From contig CAYOZJ010000003.1 of assembly GCA_964408485.1 (NCBI GenBank), positions 1,290 to 65,289 of the forward strand: a stretch of 64,000 nucleotides of DNA, read 5' to 3'. The translations under genes were made by a program, and so were the position numbers. This document shows, piece by piece, positions 36,951-45,739 of this stretch. The stretch is from an uncultured Gammaproteobacteria bacterium. Lineage in GTDB: Bacteria > Patescibacteriota > Microgenomatia > Levybacterales > UBA12049. Numbering within the stretch: the stretch's first letter is position 1; the number at the start of each line of letters is the position of its first letter. The notes beneath the pieces are model-generated. The model searched no databases, was not told where the DNA came from, and worked only from the letters and a program-made list of their open reading frames with translations.

Positions 36951-38907
36951 AAAACTTATGGATGGGTTTGAGAAAATGAACCTCGATAATTCCGCTCGTA
37001 GTACTACGCAAAATGATGCTGCTGTTTCTATGAGAGCCAAAAAACCTTTTAAGTTAAAATTAGGAAGAAATGCATACATTGGTTTTGCTGCATTAGGATT
37101 GGTTGTATTATTTATTCTCTTTGGTATTGTTGTTCCAGGATTTGCTGCATTAAATGATGCGCGAAAGACCTACGCTGTTGCCAAAGAAACATTAGTCGTT
37201 GCAAAGCAGCAAGATATAGAAGCAACTTCCAGTAAGCTCAACGAACTTCGTCCAGAGCTTTTAAAGACACAGAAAGATGTTCAAAACATGGGATATCTCG
37301 CATTTGTGCCGGTAATGAATTTCTATTACGGTGACGCACTTCATTTGGTAAATGCCGGGGTATATGGACTGAATGCTGGACAAATTCTTGTTGATAGCGT
37401 GAAGCCATATGCGGATGTATTAGGGCTTAAAGGAGATCATAGTTTTGTTGGTGGATCTGCGCAAGACAGGATTCAAACAGCAGTTACGACAATGAGCAAG
37501 GTAACGCCACGTATTGATGATATCGCAAAAGAGCTTGCTCTTATGCAAAAAGAAGTTGACGAAGTAAATCCAGGACATTACCCAGCCTTTTTGGGACTTG
37601 GAAAAGTACAGGATAATTTAAAAAGTCTTCGTACTGGTATCGATGAAGCATCTGTTTTTACCAATCAAGCGAAACCACTTATCAAAGTGTTGCCTAACCT
37701 TCTTGGGGAGCCAAAAGAAGCAAAATATCTGGTTATTTTCCAAAACGATGGTGAGCTTCGACCAACAGGTGGATTTATGACATTTTATGCAATTTTCCGA
37801 GTTGAGCATGGTTCTATTCATGTTGATCAATCAAATGATATTTATAATCTTGACGCAACAATCGGCAATAAGCCTGCATCTCCTCGTATTATTGCGACTT
37901 ACTTACCAAAAGAGCCGCGATGGAATCTTCGAGACAGCAATTTGTCGCCAGACTTTAAAGTATCTATGGATGATTTCAATAAGTTATATAAAACAGCAGG
38001 TGGATATGTCCCAGTTAATGGCATTATTGCAATTGACACCCATGTACTTGTTTCGATTATGAATATCTTAGGAGATATTACTGTTGATGGAGAAACATTT
38101 ACGACAAAAATTGTCCCACAATGTAACTGTGCTCAGGTTGTCTATTCTCTTGAAGAGCAGTCAGATACGCCGGTTGATTATATAAAGGCCAATAGAAAAG
38201 GTATTGTTGGTGATTTGTTGTACGCAATTATGCAAAAAGCTCTTGCATCTTCACCAAAGCTCTACTGGGGACCATTATTCCAGACATTCATTGCTGAGGT
38301 TAATCAAAAACACGTTTTGTTTGCTCTTAATGACCCAGATGCTCAGTCAGGACTTGAGGCATTGGATGCTGCAGGAAGGTTGAGTGCATTTACTGGGGAC
38401 TATCTGCATATTAATGATTCCAACTGGGGAGGAGCAAAATCCAACCTCTTTATTAAAGAAACAGCAGATATAAAATATGACGTTAAGTCTGATGGAAGTA
38501 TTATTAAAACAATAACCCTTACCTACAAAAATCCATTTGCACCGTCAGATTGTAACTTAGAGCATGGAGGACTTTGTCTTAATGCAACAAATCGTGATGT
38601 GGTACGTATTTATGCGCCAGTTGGAAGTAAGCTTATTAGCAGTAATGGATCACAAGTAAAAGTAGATACCTATAATGAATTGGGAAAGACTGTATTTGAA
38701 GGGTTTGTAACAGTGAGACCATTAGGTCAGGCAACCTATACGGTAAGTTATCAATTACCATTCAAGGTCTCATCGAGTACGCTCCCTAGCCTTATTCAAA
38801 AACAACCAGGAACAGTAAACATGCAATACACAGTTAGCGTTAATGGGAGACAAGTTGACTCCTTTGCCCTAGAAACAGACAAAACACTCAATCTAACTGT
38901 AAGATAA
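36946..38907 (+). CDS. DUF4012-like membrane-anchored protein
   Basis: N-terminal TM, then IFQNDGELRPTGGFM, which matches the FQNNAExRxTGG hallmark of DUF4012. True start is probably ATG 36958 or 36979. Confidence 0.45.
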   Translation: MIKLMDGFEKMNLDNSARSTTQNDAAVSMRAKKPFKLKLGRNAYIGFAALGLVVLFILFGIVVPGFAALNDARKTYAVAKETLVVAKQQDIEATSSKLNELRPELLKTQKDVQNMGYLAFVPVMNFYYGDALHLVNAGVYGLNAGQILVDSVKPYADVLGLKGDHSFVGGSAQDRIQTAVTTMSKVTPRIDDIAKELALMQKEVDEVNPGHYPAFLGLGKVQDNLKSLRTGIDEASVFTNQAKPLIKVLPNLLGEPKEAKYLVIFQNDGELRPTGGFMTFYAIFRVEHGSIHVDQSNDIYNLDATIGNKPASPRIIATYLPKEPRWNLRDSNLSPDFKVSMDDFNKLYKTAGGYVPVNGIIAIDTHVLVSIMNILGDITVDGETFTTKIVPQCNCAQVVYSLEEQSDTPVDYIKANRKGIVGDLLYAIMQKALASSPKLYWGPLFQTFIAEVNQKHVLFALNDPDAQSGLEALDAAGRLSAFTGDYLHINDSNWGGAKSNLFIKETADIKYDVKSDGSIIKTITLTYKNPFAPSDCNLEHGGLCLNATNRDVVRIYAPVGSKLISSNGSQVKVDTYNELGKTVFEGFVTVRPLGQATYTVSYQLPFKVSSSTLPSLIQKQPGTVNMQYTVSVNGRQVDSFALETDKTLNLTVR

Positions 38908-39012
38908 ATGCTTGTCAGCTTTATTCTTCGAGTGAAGCGAGAAGTTATTCCCCAAAGGGGACTAGCTTCGCCGAAGCGGCGCACATTGTTCGAACAATAA
39001 TTATACTGCCTT

Positions 39013-39561
39013 ATGAATATTAGTGTTGTGGAGGGCATTGTCCTCAAGCGCCGTAATGTTGGTGAAGCCGATAGAATTCTTACAGTCCTTACAAGAAATC
39101 TTGGAAAAATTACGGTCAAGGCAGTAGGGGTCAGAAAAATTTCTTCAAAAAGGTCCTCTCACATCGAGCCACTCAATCACGCTACTTTGTCTCTTTATAA
39201 GGGGAAAGGGATGCATACACTTACAGAAGTAGTTGCGAAGGAAAGTTTTCCTGAAATAAAGAGTGATTTACAAAAAATAGGTTTTGCGTATCATTTGTGT
39301 GAGTTAGTAGACGGGTTATGTCCTGAGGGGCAGGAAAATGCCCATGTGTTTGATTTATTGCACAGCGTGTTATCAGATCTTTGCGGAGAAGTTAATCTTT
39401 CTGAGCGCATTCATGAATTTGAAGTAGCGCTTTTGATAACACTTGGCTATTGGTCTAGTAGTAGTGCTCAATTAAACACGTCATATGTTATTGAAAGCAT
39501 TCTTGAGAGAAGACTTAAAACAGTGAGAATGCTCCCAAAGCTATTTTTGGAAAATGTTTGA
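39013..39561 (+). CDS. recO: DNA repair protein RecO (short form, no zinc-finger C-terminus)
   Basis: GIVLKRRNVGEADRILTVLTRNLGKITVKAVGVRK matches the RecO N-terminal OB-fold consensus. Confidence 0.55.
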   Translation: MNISVVEGIVLKRRNVGEADRILTVLTRNLGKITVKAVGVRKISSKRSSHIEPLNHATLSLYKGKGMHTLTEVVAKESFPEIKSDLQKIGFAYHLCELVDGLCPEGQENAHVFDLLHSVLSDLCGEVNLSERIHEFEVALLITLGYWSSSSAQLNTSYVIESILERRLKTVRMLPKLFLENV

Positions 39562-39589
39562 CAGAAGAGGTAATTTTCTGCTATACTAA

Positions 39590-39731
39590 TATATAGCAGT
39601 GATGAAAAGGTTGGAATCTTGGAGCTGCACCAAACTAATAAGCGGTATAACTTAAGCGAAATTCGATAGTTATACAATTAGGGTGGAACCACGAGGAGCA
39701 CTCGTCCCTAAATAATCGGACGAGTTTTTTT
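39590..39731 (+). promoter_or_regulatory. T-box riboswitch leader with intrinsic terminator, upstream of glyS
   Basis: AATTAGGGTGGAACCACGAGG (39676..39696) matches the T-box consensus AAnnnGGGTGGnACCGCG. It is followed directly by the terminator hairpin CTCGTCC-ctaaataat-cGGACGAG plus a T7 run (39701..39731). An AGTGATGA K-turn-like motif lies upstream. Confidence 0.6.
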
Positions 39732-40026
39732 GTGGAAAAGTTAGGTTTTATGCAGTGAAATCCTTGGAAAAGATTGAGCAAACAAGCCTGACAAAAAGTG
39801 TAAGCGTGCAATGGATGACATCACGCTTGAATAAGAGTGGAACCGCGGAGTATCCTAGATACCTTCGTCTCTTTTCCAAAGAAAGGAGGTGGTTATAGGA
39901 TATGATTAAATAAGAATGGTTTCTATGTAAGTTTGGTTTAGTGAAAACACTAATAAAAGACGTGCTATTCTAGGAGGCACAACAAAGACTATTTCTAGAA
40001 GTAAAAATTTGATAGGATAAAGACAT

Positions 40027-41424
40027 ATGAATACAAATACAACAATGGAAAAAATAGTAGCACTTGCAAAAAGACGCGGGTTTATTTACCCAGGCTCTGA
40101 GCTCTATGGTGGGTTAGCAAATACCTATGATTATGGCCCTATGGGTGCAGAGTTGCTTCGCAACATCAGAAATCTCTGGTGGAAAATTTTCGTGGAAAAG
40201 CGAGATGACATTGTTGGTGTTGATGCATCACTTATTTCCCATCAGAAAGTTTGGGAAGCATCTGGCCATACTGCAGGGTTTGCTGACGCATTAGTTGATT
40301 GCAAAAATTGCAAGTTACGTACAAGAGCGGATCATTTGATTGAAGACGCAACGGGGAAGTCAGTTGAAGGCTTATCAACGACTGAATTAGATAAAATTAT
40401 TGAAGAGAGTAATATTCTTTGTCCAAATTGTAAAAAGCATGAGTGGACAAAGGTCAGGAAGTTTAATTTATTATTTCCTGTTCACTTGGGTATTATTGAA
40501 GGTGATCAGGATTTGGCATATCTTCGTGGGGAGACAGCACAGACTATTTTTATTAATTTTAATAATGTTGTCAATTCAAGCCGCGTGCGATTACCATTTG
40601 GTATTGCACAACTTGGTAAATCTTTTAGAAATGAAATAACACCAGGTAACTCGGTCTTTCGCACACTAGAATTTGAGCAAGGTGAGATAGAATATTTCTT
40701 TGACCCAGAAAATACTGACTGGGAAAAGGCTTTCGAAGATTGGAAACGGGTAATGTGGCAATTTGTCACTAATGAACTCGGTATACAAGAAGCACATCTT
40801 CGCTGGAGACAGCATACTGATGAAGAACGATCTTTTTATTCCAAGCGAACAGAGGATATGGAATACGAATATCCTTTTGGTTTTAAAGAGTTATGGGGTT
40901 TGGCATACCGAACAAATTATGATTTATCAAAGCATGAAGAATTCTCTGGTAAAGAATTAAAAATTCTTGATCCTAAAACAAATAAAAAGATATTGCCTCA
41001 TGTAATTGAGCCTGCGGTTGGTATAAATAGGCTTCTTCTTATGGCACTTTGTGACGCATACGCAGAAGACCCTTCGGCAGACTCAGGGCAAGTTCGAGTA
41101 CTCTTAAAACTTTCTCCAAAATTAGCGCCGGTGAAGGTTGCTGTTTTTCCACTTCTGGCCAACAAGCCAGAGCTTGTGGAAAAAGCACGAAGTATCTATG
41201 AGCAAGTTAAGACAACCATAGATGGTAAAGTAATGTGGGACGATAGAGGTAACATTGGTAAGCGGTACCTGTCTCAGGACGAGGTTGGTACACCATTCTG
41301 TGTGACAGTTGATTTTGACACACTTACTGATGAAGCAGTGACAGTAAGGGACCGCGATACTGCATCGCAAGAGCGAATTAAAATTGTAGATCTAATCTCC
41401 TACCTTCAATCAAAGCTTGCTTAA
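40027..41424 (+). CDS. glyS: Glycyl-tRNA synthetase, alpha2 (GlyQS) type
   Basis: MEKIVALAKRRGFIYPGSELYGGLANTYDYGPMGAELLRNIRNLWW is the diagnostic N-terminus of class II dimeric GlyRS. Confidence 0.85.
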   Translation: MNTNTTMEKIVALAKRRGFIYPGSELYGGLANTYDYGPMGAELLRNIRNLWWKIFVEKRDDIVGVDASLISHQKVWEASGHTAGFADALVDCKNCKLRTRADHLIEDATGKSVEGLSTTELDKIIEESNILCPNCKKHEWTKVRKFNLLFPVHLGIIEGDQDLAYLRGETAQTIFINFNNVVNSSRVRLPFGIAQLGKSFRNEITPGNSVFRTLEFEQGEIEYFFDPENTDWEKAFEDWKRVMWQFVTNELGIQEAHLRWRQHTDEERSFYSKRTEDMEYEYPFGFKELWGLAYRTNYDLSKHEEFSGKELKILDPKTNKKILPHVIEPAVGINRLLLMALCDAYAEDPSADSGQVRVLLKLSPKLAPVKVAVFPLLANKPELVEKARSIYEQVKTTIDGKVMWDDRGNIGKRYLSQDEVGTPFCVTVDFDTLTDEAVTVRDRDTASQERIKIVDLISYLQSKLA

Positions 41425-41468
41425 AGTCTCTTGTTGACAACAACAATTATTTTTCTCACAATACTTGT

Positions 41469-41960
41469 ATGAAGTTGAAACCAAAGCAGTGGTATGTGCT
41501 TGCTGCAGTAGCTATCGTTGTAATTATACTTATTGGTGGTGGTATCTGGCTTTTAGCAAGTAAAAAAACTTCTGGTACTCAGCAAATCCCCGCGTATACA
41601 GATCAAGCGCAGGTTTTAACCCTCTCTTCAGATGCAATTGGTCTCACCATTGCTTTTCGAGCGGATAATAAAGCAATGAAATTTACCGTGGGAAATGCGT
41701 CAGGCGTCAATTCTATTGAATATCAGATTTCTTATAATAAGACTGTGAGTGGCGATACAGTGCCTGAAGGACTTATTGGTACAGTAGATATGAATCCAGG
41801 GGATAAAACAGCTGGAATTGGATTTAGAGAGTTTGGTACATGTTCTAGTGGAACATGCCGTTATGACAATGTACAATCTCCAATAACTCTGACGTTAAAG
41901 TTAGTAAAATCTGATGGGAAAATCTATCAAGTAGAGAAAAAAGTAGACCTGCCTCAATAA
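41469..41960 (+). CDS. Hypothetical membrane-anchored extracytoplasmic protein
   Basis: N-terminal signal-anchor TM and a beta-rich soluble domain. No motif recognised. Confidence 0.4.
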   Translation: MKLKPKQWYVLAAVAIVVIILIGGGIWLLASKKTSGTQQIPAYTDQAQVLTLSSDAIGLTIAFRADNKAMKFTVGNASGVNSIEYQISYNKTVSGDTVPEGLIGTVDMNPGDKTAGIGFREFGTCSSGTCRYDNVQSPITLTLKLVKSDGKIYQVEKKVDLPQ

Positions 41961-41962
41961 AA

Positions 41963-42223
41963 CTATACACTTGCCTTACGTAAACAAGGAGGAACATGTC
42001 GACGACGTTTACCCAGAGTTTCTTCAAGTTGTTCAACCCTTTTCATGCGATTGGCTATTCTTTCCCGTGCTTTGTCTCCGTCAGGGGTTTGACTTTCACC
42101 TATATCATTTTCTAAGTCATTGATTGAATTTGTACCCTTACCATTGTCAATAAATCCTCCTATACAACCAGGAATGCACGCACCTGCTCCATATCGACAA
42201 AGCCTTCGTTCTAGTGGAATCAT
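41963..42223 (-). CDS. Hypothetical small Cys-containing protein (uncertain)
   Basis: 86-aa minus-strand ORF in the 408-nt gap upstream of mraZ. A competing 39-codon plus-strand ORF with a perfect AAGGAGG SD sits at about 41990. Neither is verified. Confidence 0.2.
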   Translation of the reverse strand: MIPLERRLCRYGAGACIPGCIGGFIDNGKGTNSINDLENDIGESQTPDGDKARERIANRMKRVEQLEETLGKRRRHVPPCLRKASV

Positions 42224-42299
42224 ATCCTATATTATATCATAATGAGATTTTTCTTCATCAATTCTAGTGTCCTTCTGTGAAAATCCCTACATGTAGTGC

Positions 42300-42328
42300 T
42301 TGACACGCTGTGAAAACTGAGTCATTAT
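42300..42328 (+). promoter_or_regulatory. Sigma70-type promoter of the dcw operon (TTGACA-N17-CATTAT)
   Basis: TTGACA at 42300..42305, a 17-nt spacer, and CATTAT at 42323..42328. Confidence 0.55.
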
Positions 42329-42334
42329 GTATTT

Positions 42335-42360
42335 AAGTAGTCTAAAGTAGGAAAAAGTAG
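42335..42360 (+). promoter_or_regulatory. Candidate MraZ operator: three AAGTAG direct repeats with exact 10-bp spacing
   Basis: AAGTAG at 42335, 42345 and 42355, beginning right at the predicted transcription start and ending 9 nt before the mraZ ATG. Confidence 0.5.
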
Positions 42361-42368
42361 GACAAAAT

Positions 42369-42812
42369 ATGTTATTAGGCAGGTATGACACTAAGATTGG
42401 AAGTAAATATCAAATTTCTTTTCCAAAGAAATTTCGATCGGAATTAGGCGATAAATTAGTTATTACAAAAGGACTTGAGAATTGTCTGATAGTCGTATCT
42501 GAAGAGGGATGGAAAACGCTTTTGGAGGGGACAGAAGGATTACCCTTTACCCAAAAGCCGACACGGGAAATGCAGCGATATTTATTAGGAAACGCGCAAT
42601 TTGTAGAGTTAGATAGTAAAGGAAGATGTGTTTTGCCCGAGTACCTACGAGACTATGCGAATTTAAAAGAAGAGGTTGTTTGTGCGGGAATAGAGAGATT
42701 TGTTGAGATTTGGGATAAAAAGAATTGGGATGAGGAGCAAAAACGACTGAGTGGAAACATAGAGACTATAGCTGAGAAATTAACTGTCCAGAAAGAAGTT
42801 GGGAATGACTGA
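42369..42812 (+). CDS. mraZ: Transcriptional regulator MraZ
   Basis: MLLGRYDTKIGSKYQISFPKKFR plus a second SpoVT/AbrB-like half (DSKGRCVLPEYLR). 147 aa, first gene of the dcw cluster. Confidence 0.85.
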   Translation: MLLGRYDTKIGSKYQISFPKKFRSELGDKLVITKGLENCLIVVSEEGWKTLLEGTEGLPFTQKPTREMQRYLLGNAQFVELDSKGRCVLPEYLRDYANLKEEVVCAGIERFVEIWDKKNWDEEQKRLSGNIETIAEKLTVQKEVGND

Positions 42813-43689
42813 GTATCACAAAAGTGTTCTTTTACAAGAAGCAGTAGATGCTTTACAGATTAAAAAAAGTGGGAAATACATTGATGCAACGCTTGGAGCT
42901 GGTGGGCACAGTTTTGAAATTGTACGTAAAGGTGGCACTGTTCTTGCAATAGACCAAGATAACGAGGCAATACAGTTTGTTGAGGAAGAATTAAGAATTA
43001 AGAATCAAGAATTAAGAAATAATATAACACTTGTTCAGGGGAACTTTTCTCATATAGGAGAAATAGCAAGAGAAAATGGATTTGGGATGGTTGCAGGAAT
43101 CCTTTTTGATGTTGGGGTTTCTAGTCATCACTTAGATGCTAACGAGCGGGGTTTTAGTTTTCAAAGTACAGGACCTTTAGATATGCGAATGGACACGACA
43201 TTGCAGGTGCGAGCAGCGGATTTGGTTAATGGGTTAAACAAAGGTGAATTAATTGACCTATTTACCAAGTACGGTGAGGAACCATTTGCAAGACGTATTG
43301 CAGAAGCCATTGTTACTGCAAGAGTAATCAAGCCGTTTGAGAATACAACTGAATTAGCAGAGCTTATTACCAGAAGTGTTAAGCAAATTGGAAAGATTCA
43401 TCCGGCAACAAGAGTTTTTCAGGCGCTTAGAATTGCAGTGAATGATGAATTGATTAGCTTGGAAGAAGGATTGATACAGGCAGTTGATTTACTTGAGACA
43501 AAAGGACGATTGGTTGTTATTACTTTTCACTCGTTGGAAGACAGAATTGTTAAGAGGACGTACGAGAAATTTAAAGAGCAAGGGTTGGGGGAAATAATAA
43601 CCGATAAGCCAATTATCCCGACTGATTCGGAAATAGAAAGAAATAAACGAGCGAGGTCAGCAAAAATGAGAGTGTTTGAAAAAATATGA
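42799..43689 (+). CDS. rsmH: 16S rRNA (cytosine1402-N4)-methyltransferase RsmH (MraW)
   Basis: YHKSVLLQEAVDALQIKKSGKYIDATLGAGGHS, FDVGVSSHHLD and ITFHSLEDRIVK. Confidence 0.85.
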   Translation: MGMTEYHKSVLLQEAVDALQIKKSGKYIDATLGAGGHSFEIVRKGGTVLAIDQDNEAIQFVEEELRIKNQELRNNITLVQGNFSHIGEIARENGFGMVAGILFDVGVSSHHLDANERGFSFQSTGPLDMRMDTTLQVRAADLVNGLNKGELIDLFTKYGEEPFARRIAEAIVTARVIKPFENTTELAELITRSVKQIGKIHPATRVFQALRIAVNDELISLEEGLIQAVDLLETKGRLVVITFHSLEDRIVKRTYEKFKEQGLGEIITDKPIIPTDSEIERNKRARSAKMRVFEKI

Positions 43690-43722
43690 CCCATTCGACC
43701 AGCTCAGAGTTTAAATAAAAAT

Positions 43723-44013
43723 ATGAAAATAAAACCAACAACACGAATTTTACTTGGACTTGTCATGGTTATTTCAGGACTTGTTATGATTCGTATAGTC
43801 CTATCTAGTATGTTTTCTGTGGATGGCATTGCTTTAGCAAATACCCAAAATCAAATTGCTACGATTGACAGAGAAAACATGCTCTTAAAAGAACAAATTT
43901 ACACGAGTTCTTCCTATACCGCTATAGCATCAGATGCTGCTACAATGGGGTTTGTTGAGGAAAAATCACAAATTACGCTTAGTGGGTCATCCTCAATTGC
44001 AATCAAGCAATGA
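43723..44013 (+). CDS. ftsL: Cell division protein FtsL/DivIC-like (single TM, coiled coil)
   Basis: 96 aa with one TM and a heptad-like region, positioned between rsmH and ftsI. Confidence 0.55.
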   Translation: MKIKPTTRILLGLVMVISGLVMIRIVLSSMFSVDGIALANTQNQIATIDRENMLLKEQIYTSSSYTAIASDAATMGFVEEKSQITLSGSSSIAIKQ

Positions 44014-45695
44014 AGTGGCGATATCAACTTGTTTTATATGCTTTTCTAGGCTGTTTTTTTCTTCTTATTGCGCGCCTTTTTTATTGGCAAATCGTTGAGG
44101 CAGATAGTCTCACACAGCAAGCACAATCACAGTACGGGAGCCTTATTACCATTGTTCCGAAAAGAGGAGATATTCAAACAAGTGATGGATTCCCTCTTGT
44201 TACAAATAGATTGTCTTATTTAGTGTTTGCTAATCCAAAAGAGGTCAAAAATGCCGATACTGTGGGCGGAAAATTGAGTTCGCTTCTTGATATTAGTGTT
44301 GCATCGCTTAGTGGACGACTCACGTCTCCTGGTTACTGGGTATCGCTCAAAAGCGGTATAGATGCCAAAACGAAAGATGCGATAGATTCACTCCATATTC
44401 CGGGTGTTGGATTTGAGGAAAGCTATGCGAGATTATATCCGGAGGCATCTCTTGCTGCATCTCTTGTTGGATTTGTTGGAAAGGATACAGTAGGGAATGA
44501 TAAAGGATATTTTGGTTTGGAAGGATATTATGATAGGCAATTAAAGGGGCGGTATGGTCAGGCAATAGAAGTCCATGATGCATTGGGAAGACCAATTCTT
44601 TCCCAAGTTAGTGGAAATGGCCAGGCAATAGATGGGAGAACGTTAGTGCTTACTATTGATAGGTCACTACAATTCTTAGTGGAGCAAAAATTACAGGATG
44701 GAATTAAAGAATTTGGTGCACAATCTGGAATGATTGGGATTATGGATCCGAAGACTGGTGGTATCCTTGCAATGGCAAATTATCCGTCGTTTGATGAGAA
44801 TTCGTATTGGGAATACGATACCAATCTCTATCGCAACCCATTTATTACCGACCTTTACGAGCCAGGCTCGACAATCAAGCCTCTCGTTATGGCCGGCGCA
44901 TTTCAAAATAATCTCCTTAAGCCCGATTCTACCTGTCCTACCTGCAGTGGGCCGGTACAGGTAGGGGATTACGCGATTCATACATGGAATGATGAGTATT
45001 TTCCTAATATTTCAATGAAGGATGTTATTCGTCATTCCGACAACACGGGCATGGTGTATGTGTCCCAAAAAATGGGGCTAGATAGAATGCTTACTAATTT
45101 TGAAAAGTTTGGATTGACCGACACAACAGGTATTGATTTACAAGGAGAGGCAGATTCAACCATTCTCGATAGAAAGACATGGTACCCGATTGATGTTGCA
45201 ACAAGCGCGTTTGGTCAGGGTATTTCGGTGACACCGCTTGAGCTTCTTGATGCTTTCTCAGCACTTGCGAATGATGGTGTACGAATGCAGCCACACATAG
45301 TAGATAAAATTATTACCAGTGATGGACAAACCATACCGATTCAACCGAAAAAATTGTCTCAACCAATTTCTGCGACTGTTGCAAAAGTTATGACTGAAAT
45401 TCTTGTCTATACAGTGGATAAAGGGGAGGCTAGTTTTGCGCGACTTAAGGGATATCGAATTGCTGGCAAAACAGGTACTGCATCGATTCCCGTTGCAGGG
45501 CATTACGATCCCACACAAACAATAGCCTCATTTATTGGATATGCACCAGCAGATAATCCCAAATTTGTCATGGTTGTTATTTTTAATAGACCCAGCGCAT
45601 CTATTTATGGTGCAGAAACAGCTGCCCCAACATTTTTTGATATTTCCCGACATATTTTGAATTATTATAATATTCCGGCTACAGAGAATGAATAA
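44010..45695 (+). CDS. ftsI: Penicillin-binding protein, class B transpeptidase (FtsI/PBP2-type)
   Basis: N-terminal TM and PBP dimer domain. STIKP (SxxK), HSDNTG (SxN) and KTGTA (KTG) active-site motifs. Confidence 0.85.
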   Translation: MKWRYQLVLYAFLGCFFLLIARLFYWQIVEADSLTQQAQSQYGSLITIVPKRGDIQTSDGFPLVTNRLSYLVFANPKEVKNADTVGGKLSSLLDISVASLSGRLTSPGYWVSLKSGIDAKTKDAIDSLHIPGVGFEESYARLYPEASLAASLVGFVGKDTVGNDKGYFGLEGYYDRQLKGRYGQAIEVHDALGRPILSQVSGNGQAIDGRTLVLTIDRSLQFLVEQKLQDGIKEFGAQSGMIGIMDPKTGGILAMANYPSFDENSYWEYDTNLYRNPFITDLYEPGSTIKPLVMAGAFQNNLLKPDSTCPTCSGPVQVGDYAIHTWNDEYFPNISMKDVIRHSDNTGMVYVSQKMGLDRMLTNFEKFGLTDTTGIDLQGEADSTILDRKTWYPIDVATSAFGQGISVTPLELLDAFSALANDGVRMQPHIVDKIITSDGQTIPIQPKKLSQPISATVAKVMTEILVYTVDKGEASFARLKGYRIAGKTGTASIPVAGHYDPTQTIASFIGYAPADNPKFVMVVIFNRPSASIYGAETAAPTFFDISRHILNYYNIPATENE

Positions 45696-45739
45696 ATTAT
45701 TTTTCGTTTGTAGTTCGTGGTTCATAGTATAATAAAACA

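Noticed and set aside
38908-39012. Possible tRNA or terminator in the 105-nt gap after the DUF4012 gene (TGTTCGAACA palindrome, CCCCaaaGGGG hairpin)
   Set aside because: No acceptor or anticodon arm arrangement could be built, and no T-run follows the hairpins. It is probably just an intergenic promoter region for recO.
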